From positions 1 through 59,972 of IMG/VR virus record IMGVR_UViG_3300025137_000039: a stretch of DNA of 59,972 nucleotides. One strand, given 5' to 3'. This document shows positions 6,902 through 18,941 of the stretch, piece after piece. The notes under the pieces were generated by a model, which searched no databases, was not told the DNA's origin, and saw only the letters and a list, made by a program, of their open reading frames with translations. Position numbers and translations under genes: made by a program. Source of the DNA: a virus (taxonomy: Duplodnaviria > Caudoviricetes). Numbering within the stretch: position 1 is the stretch's first letter; each line of letters begins with the position of its first letter.

Positions 6902-9900
6902 ATGGCGGTAGATAGAATTAAGTTCAAGGATATTTTATCCTCCCAACTCCCTAGTTACGTTAGGGATGATTTTCCGCTGCTTGTAGAATTTCTTACAGAA
7001 TATTATTCTTCACAAGAAGTAAAGGGCGCAACATTTGATTTAATTCAAAACTTAGATCAATATGTAAAAGTAGATGAACTATCTAATTTAAAGACTAGCA
7101 CTACTCTGCTTAATAATATTAATAGATCAACTTCATCTATTTTTACAAGTGATCAGACTAATTTTACAAATGGATTTCCAGAAAAGAACGGACTAATTCG
7201 TATTGATAATGAAATAATTAAATATGGATTTACTACTAGTAATAGTTTTGAAGATTGTGTTAGAGGATTTAGTGGTGTTACTGAATATATTGATACGTCA
7301 TTGCCAGATAAGCAAAAGTTTGAAAAAACAATAGCATCTTCACATGCTGCTAATGCTAAAATTGAAAATTTATCAATCTTATTTTTACAAGAATTTTTTA
7401 AAAAAGTAAAAGCACAAATTACTCCTGGATTTGAAGATAGAACTTTATCACCACAATTAAATCAAAAGAACTTTATTAAAAACTCTAATAGTTTTTACAA
7501 ATCAAAGGGCACAGATCAAGCATTTAAAATTTTATTTAAATCAATTTATGGATCAGATGTAGAAGTTATTAAACCAAATAACTTTTTAATAAGACCATCA
7601 GATGCTGATTATGTTGTATCTCAAGATTATGTTGTTGAACAGTATATTGGAGATCCATTAGATTTAAAAAATCGTACAATTTATCAATTCTCAACTAAAG
7701 CAAGAGGAACTGTAACTAAAGTTGAGAAAATTTTTGAGGATGGAAACTTTTATCAAGTTTCTATAGACTCTGGATATAATAGAGATATTGATGTAAGTGG
7801 AACTACTTTTGGTAAATTTGAACCTAACTCAAAAACAAAATTACTTGATAATGTTTCAATTGGATCCACTATTCTAAATGTAGACTCAACAATTAGTTTT
7901 CCATCATCTGGCGAACTATCTCTTTTTGATAATTTAAATGATGAACATATACTTTCATATAGTGATAAAAATCTTACTCAATTTTTGGGGGTTACTACAA
8001 CTACAGGTAATTTTAATAAAAAGATTGATGTAAGATCTAATGATTATAGTTATACAAATGTTGGTGTTGGAACTGGAACTGAGATAAGAATAAGAATTAC
8101 ATCTACACTTAAAAATATAAACTTTATTGACCAACCTTGTAATTATACAAAAGGAGATAGAATAAGTATTAAATCTATTGGTTTATCTGATGATAGTCTT
8201 TATTCTAACAATTGGTTTTACAATAATAAAAATAATTATGATGTTGAGTCAGTATCTGAAATAGACGCAAATAATAATCTTTACAAATTTATTACTAAGA
8301 ATAAAAACTTATTACAAATTGGTTATAATTTAGTTATAACTGATAAAAACATTAATGATGAAAATGTTGGGGAGGTAACATCAATTGAGAGTGATAAAAT
8401 ATTGAATGTAAGATTATCCAAACCTATACAGACACAAAATTTATCTAATAATTTTAATATTGAAAATCAAATACTCAAAGGAAATTCTATTGAGTATCCA
8501 AATATTAATAATATAAATTCCAATATATTAAATGTTTATAAAAACAATAAAAAATATCTTGTTGCATCTAATAGTATTCCAAATTATGAAGATAATTTAA
8601 ATCCATTTAAAAAAATATACAAATTTAGTGGATCTGCAAATGGAGATACTTTAACAATTTCAAAAACTAATGATCATGGTCTCTACAGTGGTGATGCAGT
8701 TTTTTATAATAAAAACACAATTGTAACTATTACTAACAATGAAGATGGTAACTCTTTTGAAGATACAACAGTTAATGGATTTAGTAATGTTGATGAATTA
8801 GTTTATTTTGTATTAAGAGTTGATTCATTCAATATAAAATTAGCAAAAAGCAAATCTGATCTTTTTAGCGGTAAATTTATTTTTCCAAATGGAAATGTTG
8901 TTGACAATACATTTACTTACTTTAAATTTTATAAAAAACAAATTGATGGGCAAAAAATCTTTAGAGAGATACGTGAACCATCTACAAATTCAGGAATTTT
9001 TAAAACAAAACCAGGAAAGACGGGAATTCTTATTAATGGTGTTGAAATTTTAAATTATAAATCAAATGATATTGTATATAATGGAGACATTATAGCATTT
9101 GATTTAACTAGTTCTGGTAATGATTATGATGTTATAAATCCACCTGTTTTAAAAATTTCTGATAGTTTTGGTAGTGGTGCTGAAGGTAAAACTCATATTG
9201 ACGGATCTCTATCAGAAATTAGAGTAATAAGTCCAGGGTTTGATTACACCAATCAACCAATAGTCACAATCAGTGGTGGAAGTGGTGAGGGTGCTGAAGC
9301 AGAAGTTAATCTAAAATTGATTCAACATAATGTTTCTTTTCTTGCTGGAATTGCATTAACTAATGGGACAGGGGGCGTTGATATAAACAATGATAAAATT
9401 GGATTTACAACATCACATAATTTCAGAGCAAATGAAGAAATTCAATATGAATCTGGAACTGCTACTGTTGTCACAGGTATAAGCACTAACTCAACTTATT
9501 TTGCTAGAATTGTAGACGCATCTACAATTACATTACATAATAGTTTTAATGACTCAAATACTGGGATTAATACAGTACAACTTACAAAAGTTGGATCTGG
9601 TAAGCAGTTCTTTAAAACAGTAAAAGATAAATCTATTATTTCAAGTATTGTTGTATCTAAATCAGGAAGTGGATATAAAAATTTTGAGTATAACATTCCT
9701 ACTTCTGGAATCAATACCTCACTGAATTTAATAACAATTAAAGATAACAGGTTTGCAAATGATGAAGTTGTAAATTACACACCAGGCACTTCAGATATCA
9801 GTGGTCTTTCTTCAACAACTGACTACTTTGTGAAAAAGAATGATGCAGATTCATTTGTTCTTTATGAAGTTGGTGTTGGATCTACAAATAAAAGATATTA

Positions 9901-12900
9901 TATTGATAATAATATTATCACAGATTTGCAATCAATTGGAAATGGATCATTAAATTACAAACCAATTAGTGTTTCAGTTCAAGGAACAAGTGGAGTAAGC
10001 ACTATTGGAACCAATGGTTCATTTAAAACTTTTGTTGAATGTGATGTTCAACCTATATTCAGAGGATCTATTATTGATGCGGGTGTAGTATCTGGAGGTA
10101 TTGAATATGGATCTCCTGAAATAATTAATTTTAACAGAAAACCAATTGTTACACTTGAAACTGGTTCAAGTGCTCAATTAACACCAATTGTGGATAATGG
10201 AACTATAACTGAAATTGTTGTTAATGATGGAGGAAGTGGATACAATAGTCCACCACATTTGACAGTATCAAAAGGACAATATTGTAAGATTACACCTATT
10301 ACTGTAAATGGTGTAATTACTGAAGTTAAAGTTCTTGACGGCGGAAAAAATTATAAATCAGATTCTTTAATTACCATTATTCCATCAGGAAATAGTGGAT
10401 CAGTTGAAGCCAGAATAAAAAATTGGACTATTAATAATTTTGAAAAAGATTTTCAAAATATATCTGATGATGATGGATTTTTAAGTGAAGGAAGTATTCT
10501 TGATACTTTAGAGTATTCTCATTTATATGCGCCAAGAAATTTGAGATCAGTTGTGTTTGGTAAAAAGTCAAACCAAGAAATTCAATATTCAAATACTGAT
10601 TTAACAAAAAATCAAAATCTTGAGGTAGATTCAAAATATCATTCTCCAATAATTGGTTTTGCTTATGACGGAAATCCAATTTATGGTCCTTTTGGATATG
10701 ATAAACCTTCTGGTGGACCAGTTAGGAGAATGTTATCTGGATATCAATTTAATCAGAATATAATTAATAGACCTCCAGTTTCTATTTTCCCTCTTGGATT
10801 TTTTGTAGAAGATTATTCTTATGATGCAATTGGTGATCTTGATGAGTCAAATGGAAGATTTTGTATTACACCAGATTTTCCTGCAGGAACATTTGCGTAT
10901 TTTACTACTGTAAAAGATCTTACTGATAGTTCAGGTCCATTTAAATATTTTAGAAGACCACAATTTCCATATTTAATTGGAAATACTTATCACAATAAAG
11001 AAAATGATTTTAATTTTAAAAATACATCAAATCATGTAGATTATGATATTGAATCTCAAAATTGGAAAAGAATCACTACACCAAACAATATTAACAATTT
11101 TACTGGTGTTAATTATGATTATATTTTCAATTCTAATAATATTAAAGAACAAGTAATTGATATTACTTCTGCATCAACAGGTAAGGTAGAAAGTATTGGT
11201 ATTATTACTGGTGGTTCTAATTATAGAAATAATGATAAAGTTTTATTCAATAAGCAAAACAATGGAAGAATAGCAAGAGGTAATGTTAGTAGTATTGAAG
11301 GTAAGAAAGTAGTTTTTGTTGATGCTTCCTCTACTACTTTTGATAATATAGAATTTACAAATGTTGGGTCATCTAACAAATTTGTAGGTTTTACCACTAC
11401 TCCTCATGGATTGGTAGATGGCAATAAAATTAATATTTTTGGTTTATCAAATTTCTATAAGGGTTTTGAGGGTTCTTATAAAATTGGTATTAATACAGGA
11501 TCTTATATATTGCTTAATAGTGTTGGTGATGTTTCTGTCACTGGAATGACAACTTTCTTTGAAATTGGAGGTGCTTTCCAGTTTCCATTCATGAGACCAA
11601 ATGATATTATTGGTATTGGTAGTGAGAAGGTGAAGGTATTAGCACCAGACCCTCTCAATGGTAGAGTAAGGGTTTTAAGAGCACAGGAAGGCACTGTAGG
11701 GTCTGCTCATACAGGTTTAACAAGACTGTTCCAAGATCCCAAATTGTTCACAGTTAATGTTGGAGCAATCAAGTCATCAATTATTTCAGTTCTTAACACA
11801 GAATATTATTTTGATCCAAGTGAAAGAGTTGGTGTTGGAAGTCTTACAACCATAGGAGCAGGTAAAACACTTTCCATAACAAATCCTGGAATTGGAATTA
11901 CGTCTGTCTTTGTTTTAGAGAAACAGATTTATACTCCTAATCATATATTTAAAATTAATGATAAGGTAAGTTACAATTTTGGTGATGGATCACCAATATA
12001 TTATTGGAATGGAAAATCTGGAATTGCAACTGCAGTTCTCTCTGGAATCTCTACTCTTTTTGTTGCTCCAATTGGTCCTAACTTTATTGGACTTTCAACA
12101 AATAAAGTGGGATTAGGTACAACAGGATCATATGTTGGAGTTGGAACTGATACTGAATTAATTTATTTTACTGGTATTGGAACAGGAAATTATCATAGTC
12201 TAAAAACAAATTTTGACAATGTTGTTACAGGAAGAGCAGAAAGAAATAAAGTTGTTGTATCTACTGCATCAACACATGGTTTATTTGTTAATGACTTTAT
12301 TAATTTTTCACTTAATCCACAAAACATTGAAACAATAGTTGTTAAGTATAATGATCACAATAGAAGAATAGTCTTTAATCCATATACATTTACAGCATCT
12401 GATGTAAATGTTACTAAAAATAATATTGGAGTAAGCACCAATTCATTTAAAACAGGTGATAAAATTATTTACACATCATCTTCACCTGTAAGTGGATTAA
12501 AAAATCAATCAATGTATTATGTTTATGCTGATACTTCTACATCAGTAAAATTTGTTGAAAATAAATTTGAACTTGAACTTGTTAGTCCAAATTTTATAAA
12601 TTTAAGTTCTACTGGATCAGGTTCTCTTGCAAGAATAAATCCTTTTATTGAAGGTTTTAAAAATTTAACATTGAGGTTTGATTTATCTGATATATCTTTG
12701 TCTTTTATTTCTAATTCAGTTAAATATTCTGCATTTAGATTAGAACTTTACAAAGATCCTGACTATGTACAACAATTCCTTGCTACAGGTAATGAATCTG
12801 ATTTTGAAGTACAACGAAATGGTATTGTTGGCACTGATGGATCTTTGACATTAAAAATGTCAGAATCACTACCAAATACTCTATATTATAATTTTATTCT

Positions 12901-15900
12901 TGACAATGAATTGTTTATTTCTGATGAGAAAAAAAGAATTATTGATCAAGATGTAAAATCATTTAATACTATTTCTGCAAGTTCTTCTCCTTATGATGGA
13001 CCTCAAATAGTTTCTGGTATTGGTACAACTAGTTTTGAATACGAATTAGATACACTTCCAGAAAGAGTATCTTATGGTGGAACAATTAATACAGCAAATC
13101 CAAATTATACTACAAGTTCTTTAAAAGTTTATGGTGCTATCTCAAAAATTGATGTAGTTGATAATGGATATGGATATAAATCAATACCAGGAATATCTTC
13201 TATAAAAACTAGTATTGGTACTGGAGCAATTGTTTATGGTGAATCTAAAAACATTGGTAAAATTTTAAAGACTGAATTTTCTTCAAGAAATATTGGATGG
13301 AATTATCCTACTGATAAGACCTTAAAATTAACAGCAAATCTACCAGAGATTGTTGAGATTAACCCACTTTCATCATTTAATACAATAGGTATTTCATCAG
13401 CAGGAAAAAATTACTTAGTTCCACCAAATTTAAAAGTAAGAGATGGTCTTACAAATGAATTAGTTAAAGATGCAGTTTTAAATTACAAACTAAATGATAC
13501 TCAAGTTAATATTGTAAGCAATACGAGAGGAATTTTTAACATTACTCCTAGAATTATTGCAACAAATAATTCTAATGGGTTTACAATTTTATCTGTTACC
13601 AACACTAATAATTTAATAAGACTTAATTTATCTAATCAATTTAGTAATAATTCTGATTATCCATTTAAAATTGGTGAAAAAATTATTGTTGAAGGTATTA
13701 GTATTGGTATTAATACAACTGGTTTAGGGTATAATTCTAATCAATATGAAGATTCTTTATTTGAAGTTGTAGGTGTCAACACTGCTCTTGGTGGTTTTGG
13801 TGCTTATGTTGAGTATTCCCTTGTAGATAAATTAGATGATGGTGAATTTCCTGGAAACGTAGTTTCACTGAATGGATCTTCTGTAGTTCCTGAGTCATTC
13901 CTTCCAATTTTTAATATAATTTTACAAAAAAACAATTATTTGACAGATGAAAATGTTACTTGGGGTGAATATAATGGTGTTGTTGATTTTTATGATGAAA
14001 ACACTGATATTTTAAAAATAAAAACTCAATATGAACTTCCAATAGGAACTTTAGTTGTAGGATCATCTTCTCAAACAAGAGGCATTGTAACTAAAAATTT
14101 AAATTTTGAAGCTGAAATTAATACAGGTGCTGGAACAACTATTAACTATAGTTGGAGTAGGAATACTGGATTCCTTAATGACACTCTACAAAGAATTCCA
14201 AACAATGAATATTATCAAAGATTCTCATATTCATTAAAATCTGAAATTCCTTTCAAAACATGGGATAATACTGTTGGTTCACTAAATCATACTGCAGGAT
14301 TTAAAAAATACTCAGATCTTCAAGTTTTAAGTCAATCTAATGACACAAATCTTGTAGTAAATAGTAAAGATTCTGAAGTAAGTTTTCTTGTTGATATTGT
14401 AGGAGAAGGTGATTTAAATTGTGTTTATGATTTTGATTCAGTTAAAGAAGATATTAATTATGTAAATGGAAATCTAGTATCTAATAATATATTATTTGAC
14501 AATGTTATACTATCTGATTATTTCCAATCAATTGGCAATAGAGTATTATCTGTTGATGATGTAAGTAATGAATTCAATAGTAATGAAAGAAGTGAGCAGT
14601 ATGCTAGAGTCTCTGAGTTTGATGTAAAAACTAAATTTAATAAAACATTACATTATATTAAAGATACACAATTTACTGATGAAAGACAATTCCAAATTTC
14701 TACAGTAATTCAAGATGATGATTTTATATACATGCAATCTTATGGAACTTTAAATACATTTCCATATTTGGGATACATGGATGCTAGTGTTGGTGGAGGC
14801 ACTGGGCAAGAAGGTTGGAATTTTAGATGGTATCCTGTTAAATTTCAATTTAATAATTATGATGTCTCTTCTTTCTCTTTTAATTTTAATCCTGGAGATG
14901 CTGGGGTAGCATCTACATCATTTGGTAATGTAATTGATTATAATAGTCAGGAAGTAAATATCCCAGCTGCCACCACAACAACTATTGTATCTGTTGGAAC
15001 TTCATATAGATCATTAAAAGTTCTTAATTTAATAGCAGAAGGAGATAGTCATCATGCAGCAGAATTGAACATTCTGCATGACGGAACAGATGTCACAATG
15101 CTTGAATATGGTAACTTGGATGAAACATCGTCTCCATTGTTTAGTGGTATTGGAACTTATGGCGCTAGAATTTCAGGTGTCAATTTAATTGTTGAATTTC
15201 ATCCAACCACAAGTGTTGCCTCTACTTCATATAGTCAAGTAGTTTCATTTGCAAGAGGAAATACTACCACTGGTGTTGTTACAATGAACAGTGCCCAAAT
15301 AGGTTCAGCATATACTTCAATACCTTCTTCTGGATCTCCTACTGCTCATGTTTTAAGTTCTTACGATGATCCATACAGTGCATCATATCAAATTATAACA
15401 GTTGAAGATACTGCAAATAATCAACATGAATTTTTTGAATTTAATGTTCTTAATTCAAAAACAATACCAACCCAACACTATGTTGAATGGGCAAATATCC
15501 AAACTCATTCTGGATTAGGAACTATTGGTGTTAATACAACTGGAAATACAGTGCAGGTTGTTTACACACCAAATTCTGGAATTGCTGTTGAAGTAAAATC
15601 CTTTAAAGTTGATGCTAGAGAAATTGATCCACTCAATTTAATTTCCTCAGTACCTTTTGATGATGGTGAGTTCAAGACTCAAACTGGTAATTATTTTGGT
15701 ACAAAAAGTTCTATTAATACAAAATTTAATTTAACACATAACGGTGATAATATATTCTCAAGATTATTTGATGGGAGTTCTACTGTAGGTGTTAACACAT
15801 CTACAAATCATATTTCAATCCCAAATCATTTCTTTAATTCTGGTGAGGCAGTAAAATATAGTACAACTGGAACAAGTCAAAAAATTAATATTGCCTTAAC

Positions 15901-18900
15901 AGATTTTGGAGGGAGTGTAGGATCTACCTCTATTTTACCTGAAAATCTATTTGTTGTAAAAATTGATAATGCAAAAATTGGATTTACAACAAGTGCTTCA
16001 GATGCATTGAAAATAAATCCAACATTGATTGGTATTACTACTGTAGGAGTTGGTAATTCTCATTTTGTAACCACAACAAAGCAAGATAGTAAGGTTTTGA
16101 TTAGTGTTGATAATATGATTCAAGCACCTCTTTCTATAACAGGTATTGGAGCAACTCTTTCTAATAACATTATATTTGACACAACATTTTTAACAAGTGG
16201 ACTATCTACAGTACGAGCAAATGATGTGATTAAAATTGATGATGAATATATGTTAGTAACTAGTGTAGTTGGTTCTGGACTAACAGTAACTGTTAGGAGA
16301 CCAATTCTTGGTTCAAATGTTGCACCTCATGGAATAGGAGCAACTATAACTAAGTTTACTGGTAATTTTACTATTAATGATAATATACTCAATTTTACAT
16401 CAGCTCCTTATGGAAACATACCATTAGGTACTACTACTAATCCACCTGATGAAAGAGATTGGTCTGGAATAGCAACAAATTCTACTTTTAGTGGAAGAGC
16501 ATTCTTAAAAAGAGGTGCGCAAAATACAACAAATGAAATTTATCACAAAAATCATGTATTTGATGATATGTCTAATGAATTTGTTGGAATAAAGAGCGAG
16601 TTTACATACAAATCAAATGGACAAGATGTAATTGGTATTACCTCTTCAACTGTAGTATTAATTAACAACATTTTTCAATCAACTCAAGGAATTCTTCCAA
16701 ATGAAGTTGGAGAATATCAAAACTTTGAAGAGGTTGGTGTTACATCAATTAGATTCTTGGGTATTGGTACTCCATTAGGTGATGATATTAATAGAGCAAA
16801 CATTCCTATTGGAGGTCTTATTGTTTCTGTGGGTTCTCAAGAAGGTTTTGGTTATCAACCATTAGTTGCTGCAGGTGGAACAGCAATTATATCTGGTCTT
16901 GGAACAGTGTCATCTGTCTCTATTGGAAATAGTGGTTCTGGTTATAGAACTGGATTAGGTACAGTATACAATGTGGGTGTTCAAACTTATTTTGGTGTAG
17001 TTCCTGTATTGACAAATATTGGAACAGCACTTGTGACTGATGGACACGTAACAAGCATTAATATCACAAATCCTGGAATTGGATTTACTAATACAAACGC
17101 TCCAGTTGTAATCATAGATGAACCATTGAGTTACACAAACATTCCTCTTGAATATTCCTCTACATCAGCAGTTGGATCAGGAAGAAGTGCCACAATTGAT
17201 ATAAAAGTTGGACAAGGATCAAGTATTATTGATTTTGAAATTAAACATCTTGGATATGGATATGGCAATAATGAAATTCTTACAATTCCTGCTGGAGGAC
17301 CAACAGGAATTCCTACAGATTCTTCTCTATCATTTAGTGAATTTAAAATATCTATTGAGGAAACTTATGATGATCAATTTAATGGATATAGTGTTGGTGA
17401 ATTCCAAATTCTTGATAGGTTTGATGACCAGTTTGATGGTTTTACAAGAGTATTTTCTCTTACATCAGGAGGAAATCCAATTTCTATCAAATCATCACCT
17501 GAATCAAATATTCAAGTAGATCAAACTTTACTAATTTTTGTTAATGATATACTTCAGGTCCCTGGATTATCATATTCTTTTGAGGGAGGAAGTCAAGTTA
17601 TATTTAATGAAGCACCTAAAGGTCCAGCTTCTGGAGTTCCAAAAGGAGACACATCAAGAGTTCTTTTCTATAAAGGTGCAGGTGATATTGATGTTCAATT
17701 TACTGAAGTTCTTAAAACTGTAAAACCAGGTGACACACTTGATATCAATCATAATGTAGAATTGGGACAACCTATTACTCTTGACGAAGATATTAGAGTT
17801 GTCACTGGAATTACTACACTTGATAGTGTAAAAACTAATCAATATCCTGGTCCTGGCATTTCAATTGATCAGACAGTTTCTAGACCAGTTACATGGTGTA
17901 GACAAAAGATTGATAAGGTTATAAATGGTCAATTTATTGGAAAAGACAGAGAAAAATATGAACCAAACATTTACCCTGCATCTTTCCTCACTAAAGCAGT
18001 CAGTATAAGCACAACGATTACATATGTTGATAACATAAGACCATTGTTTAATGCAAATAATGAGTCTACTTTGAGAGATTTCCAGAACAATGTTACTTTA
18101 ACATCACAAAATCCAACATCATCAGCAACAGGAACTGCAGTTGTTTCAACATCTGGTACAATTACATCAATTAATATCACATCTGGAGGATCTGGATATG
18201 ATTTCACACCTACTGTAACAATTGCTGCACCAGGTGGAATAACTACATCACAAGCAACAGGTATTGCAACTGTTACTAGTGGTATTGTGACTGGAATTTC
18301 TATCACTGGAGTTGGAACAGGTTATGATACACCTCCACTTGTAATTATTCAACCTCCAAAAATTTCTAGGGAAAAACTTTCTATTATAAATTATTCTGGT
18401 GACTATGGAATAATAGTTGGTCTAGGAAGCACCAATGTTGGTTTACAGAAACAATTATTCTTTGATACTTTTATTCCTGTTGATTCATATATGAGAAATA
18501 ATTCCCTTGTTGGAACTGGAATTACAATTTCAGGAATAAGCACAGGTGATCATATTGTAATTAAAGATACTTTTATATCAATTGGTGGAACATTTGCTTC
18601 AAATGTTGGTGTAGCAACTACAGCACTTGATTGTGTTTATGAAGTTGTATCAGGAATTACAACAGTTGTGGAATTTGTTGGTTATTCAACATCAGTTGTA
18701 AGAATTACATGCAATGTTGATAATTATGGTTCTGGTATTGCCCATACTAGTGGTTATTTCTTAGGTAACTATAGTTGGGGTAAAATTGAGTTTAGTGAAA
18801 GAGTCAATCCTATTAGTTTTGAATTTTTTGGAGAGAATGGTGTTACTGGCATCTCTTCTTCTGGTCTTGTTCAAAGAACAATCCCATTAAAATTTAAAAA

Positions 18901-18910
18901 CTATTCCTAA
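6902..18910 (+). CDS. gp7: giant baseplate wedge initiator gp7-like protein (4002 aa)
   Basis: Between gp6 and gp8; N-terminal QLPSYVRDDFP...FYKSKGT; YYQRFSYSLKS...HTAGFK core; many GxGY beta-repeats; YHYH-like segment. Confidence 0.85.
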   Translation: MAVDRIKFKDILSSQLPSYVRDDFPLLVEFLTEYYSSQEVKGATFDLIQNLDQYVKVDELSNLKTSTTLLNNINRSTSSIFTSDQTNFTNGFPEKNGLIRIDNEIIKYGFTTSNSFEDCVRGFSGVTEYIDTSLPDKQKFEKTIASSHAANAKIENLSILFLQEFFKKVKAQITPGFEDRTLSPQLNQKNFIKNSNSFYKSKGTDQAFKILFKSIYGSDVEVIKPNNFLIRPSDADYVVSQDYVVEQYIGDPLDLKNRTIYQFSTKARGTVTKVEKIFEDGNFYQVSIDSGYNRDIDVSGTTFGKFEPNSKTKLLDNVSIGSTILNVDSTISFPSSGELSLFDNLNDEHILSYSDKNLTQFLGVTTTTGNFNKKIDVRSNDYSYTNVGVGTGTEIRIRITSTLKNINFIDQPCNYTKGDRISIKSIGLSDDSLYSNNWFYNNKNNYDVESVSEIDANNNLYKFITKNKNLLQIGYNLVITDKNINDENVGEVTSIESDKILNVRLSKPIQTQNLSNNFNIENQILKGNSIEYPNINNINSNILNVYKNNKKYLVASNSIPNYEDNLNPFKKIYKFSGSANGDTLTISKTNDHGLYSGDAVFYNKNTIVTITNNEDGNSFEDTTVNGFSNVDELVYFVLRVDSFNIKLAKSKSDLFSGKFIFPNGNVVDNTFTYFKFYKKQIDGQKIFREIREPSTNSGIFKTKPGKTGILINGVEILNYKSNDIVYNGDIIAFDLTSSGNDYDVINPPVLKISDSFGSGAEGKTHIDGSLSEIRVISPGFDYTNQPIVTISGGSGEGAEAEVNLKLIQHNVSFLAGIALTNGTGGVDINNDKIGFTTSHNFRANEEIQYESGTATVVTGISTNSTYFARIVDASTITLHNSFNDSNTGINTVQLTKVGSGKQFFKTVKDKSIISSIVVSKSGSGYKNFEYNIPTSGINTSLNLITIKDNRFANDEVVNYTPGTSDISGLSSTTDYFVKKNDADSFVLYEVGVGSTNKRYYIDNNIITDLQSIGNGSLNYKPISVSVQGTSGVSTIGTNGSFKTFVECDVQPIFRGSIIDAGVVSGGIEYGSPEIINFNRKPIVTLETGSSAQLTPIVDNGTITEIVVNDGGSGYNSPPHLTVSKGQYCKITPITVNGVITEVKVLDGGKNYKSDSLITIIPSGNSGSVEARIKNWTINNFEKDFQNISDDDGFLSEGSILDTLEYSHLYAPRNLRSVVFGKKSNQEIQYSNTDLTKNQNLEVDSKYHSPIIGFAYDGNPIYGPFGYDKPSGGPVRRMLSGYQFNQNIINRPPVSIFPLGFFVEDYSYDAIGDLDESNGRFCITPDFPAGTFAYFTTVKDLTDSSGPFKYFRRPQFPYLIGNTYHNKENDFNFKNTSNHVDYDIESQNWKRITTPNNINNFTGVNYDYIFNSNNIKEQVIDITSASTGKVESIGIITGGSNYRNNDKVLFNKQNNGRIARGNVSSIEGKKVVFVDASSTTFDNIEFTNVGSSNKFVGFTTTPHGLVDGNKINIFGLSNFYKGFEGSYKIGINTGSYILLNSVGDVSVTGMTTFFEIGGAFQFPFMRPNDIIGIGSEKVKVLAPDPLNGRVRVLRAQEGTVGSAHTGLTRLFQDPKLFTVNVGAIKSSIISVLNTEYYFDPSERVGVGSLTTIGAGKTLSITNPGIGITSVFVLEKQIYTPNHIFKINDKVSYNFGDGSPIYYWNGKSGIATAVLSGISTLFVAPIGPNFIGLSTNKVGLGTTGSYVGVGTDTELIYFTGIGTGNYHSLKTNFDNVVTGRAERNKVVVSTASTHGLFVNDFINFSLNPQNIETIVVKYNDHNRRIVFNPYTFTASDVNVTKNNIGVSTNSFKTGDKIIYTSSSPVSGLKNQSMYYVYADTSTSVKFVENKFELELVSPNFINLSSTGSGSLARINPFIEGFKNLTLRFDLSDISLSFISNSVKYSAFRLELYKDPDYVQQFLATGNESDFEVQRNGIVGTDGSLTLKMSESLPNTLYYNFILDNELFISDEKKRIIDQDVKSFNTISASSSPYDGPQIVSGIGTTSFEYELDTLPERVSYGGTINTANPNYTTSSLKVYGAISKIDVVDNGYGYKSIPGISSIKTSIGTGAIVYGESKNIGKILKTEFSSRNIGWNYPTDKTLKLTANLPEIVEINPLSSFNTIGISSAGKNYLVPPNLKVRDGLTNELVKDAVLNYKLNDTQVNIVSNTRGIFNITPRIIATNNSNGFTILSVTNTNNLIRLNLSNQFSNNSDYPFKIGEKIIVEGISIGINTTGLGYNSNQYEDSLFEVVGVNTALGGFGAYVEYSLVDKLDDGEFPGNVVSLNGSSVVPESFLPIFNIILQKNNYLTDENVTWGEYNGVVDFYDENTDILKIKTQYELPIGTLVVGSSSQTRGIVTKNLNFEAEINTGAGTTINYSWSRNTGFLNDTLQRIPNNEYYQRFSYSLKSEIPFKTWDNTVGSLNHTAGFKKYSDLQVLSQSNDTNLVVNSKDSEVSFLVDIVGEGDLNCVYDFDSVKEDINYVNGNLVSNNILFDNVILSDYFQSIGNRVLSVDDVSNEFNSNERSEQYARVSEFDVKTKFNKTLHYIKDTQFTDERQFQISTVIQDDDFIYMQSYGTLNTFPYLGYMDASVGGGTGQEGWNFRWYPVKFQFNNYDVSSFSFNFNPGDAGVASTSFGNVIDYNSQEVNIPAATTTTIVSVGTSYRSLKVLNLIAEGDSHHAAELNILHDGTDVTMLEYGNLDETSSPLFSGIGTYGARISGVNLIVEFHPTTSVASTSYSQVVSFARGNTTTGVVTMNSAQIGSAYTSIPSSGSPTAHVLSSYDDPYSASYQIITVEDTANNQHEFFEFNVLNSKTIPTQHYVEWANIQTHSGLGTIGVNTTGNTVQVVYTPNSGIAVEVKSFKVDAREIDPLNLISSVPFDDGEFKTQTGNYFGTKSSINTKFNLTHNGDNIFSRLFDGSSTVGVNTSTNHISIPNHFFNSGEAVKYSTTGTSQKINIALTDFGGSVGSTSILPENLFVVKIDNAKIGFTTSASDALKINPTLIGITTVGVGNSHFVTTTKQDSKVLISVDNMIQAPLSITGIGATLSNNIIFDTTFLTSGLSTVRANDVIKIDDEYMLVTSVVGSGLTVTVRRPILGSNVAPHGIGATITKFTGNFTINDNILNFTSAPYGNIPLGTTTNPPDERDWSGIATNSTFSGRAFLKRGAQNTTNEIYHKNHVFDDMSNEFVGIKSEFTYKSNGQDVIGITSSTVVLINNIFQSTQGILPNEVGEYQNFEEVGVTSIRFLGIGTPLGDDINRANIPIGGLIVSVGSQEGFGYQPLVAAGGTAIISGLGTVSSVSIGNSGSGYRTGLGTVYNVGVQTYFGVVPVLTNIGTALVTDGHVTSINITNPGIGFTNTNAPVVIIDEPLSYTNIPLEYSSTSAVGSGRSATIDIKVGQGSSIIDFEIKHLGYGYGNNEILTIPAGGPTGIPTDSSLSFSEFKISIEETYDDQFNGYSVGEFQILDRFDDQFDGFTRVFSLTSGGNPISIKSSPESNIQVDQTLLIFVNDILQVPGLSYSFEGGSQVIFNEAPKGPASGVPKGDTSRVLFYKGAGDIDVQFTEVLKTVKPGDTLDINHNVELGQPITLDEDIRVVTGITTLDSVKTNQYPGPGISIDQTVSRPVTWCRQKIDKVINGQFIGKDREKYEPNIYPASFLTKAVSISTTITYVDNIRPLFNANNESTLRDFQNNVTLTSQNPTSSATGTAVVSTSGTITSINITSGGSGYDFTPTVTIAAPGGITTSQATGIATVTSGIVTGISITGVGTGYDTPPLVIIQPPKISREKLSIINYSGDYGIIVGLGSTNVGLQKQLFFDTFIPVDSYMRNNSLVGTGITISGISTGDHIVIKDTFISIGGTFASNVGVATTALDCVYEVVSGITTVVEFVGYSTSVVRITCNVDNYGSGIAHTSGYFLGNYSWGKIEFSERVNPISFEFFGENGVTGISSSGLVQRTIPLKFKNYS

Positions 18911-18914
18911 CCAC

Positions 18915-18922
18915 TATAAATA
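18915..18922 (+). promoter_or_regulatory. T4-type late promoter
   Basis: Exact TATAAATA before gp8. Confidence 0.8.
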
Positions 18923-18941
18923 AGAAAAAAGTCCTAGTAAA

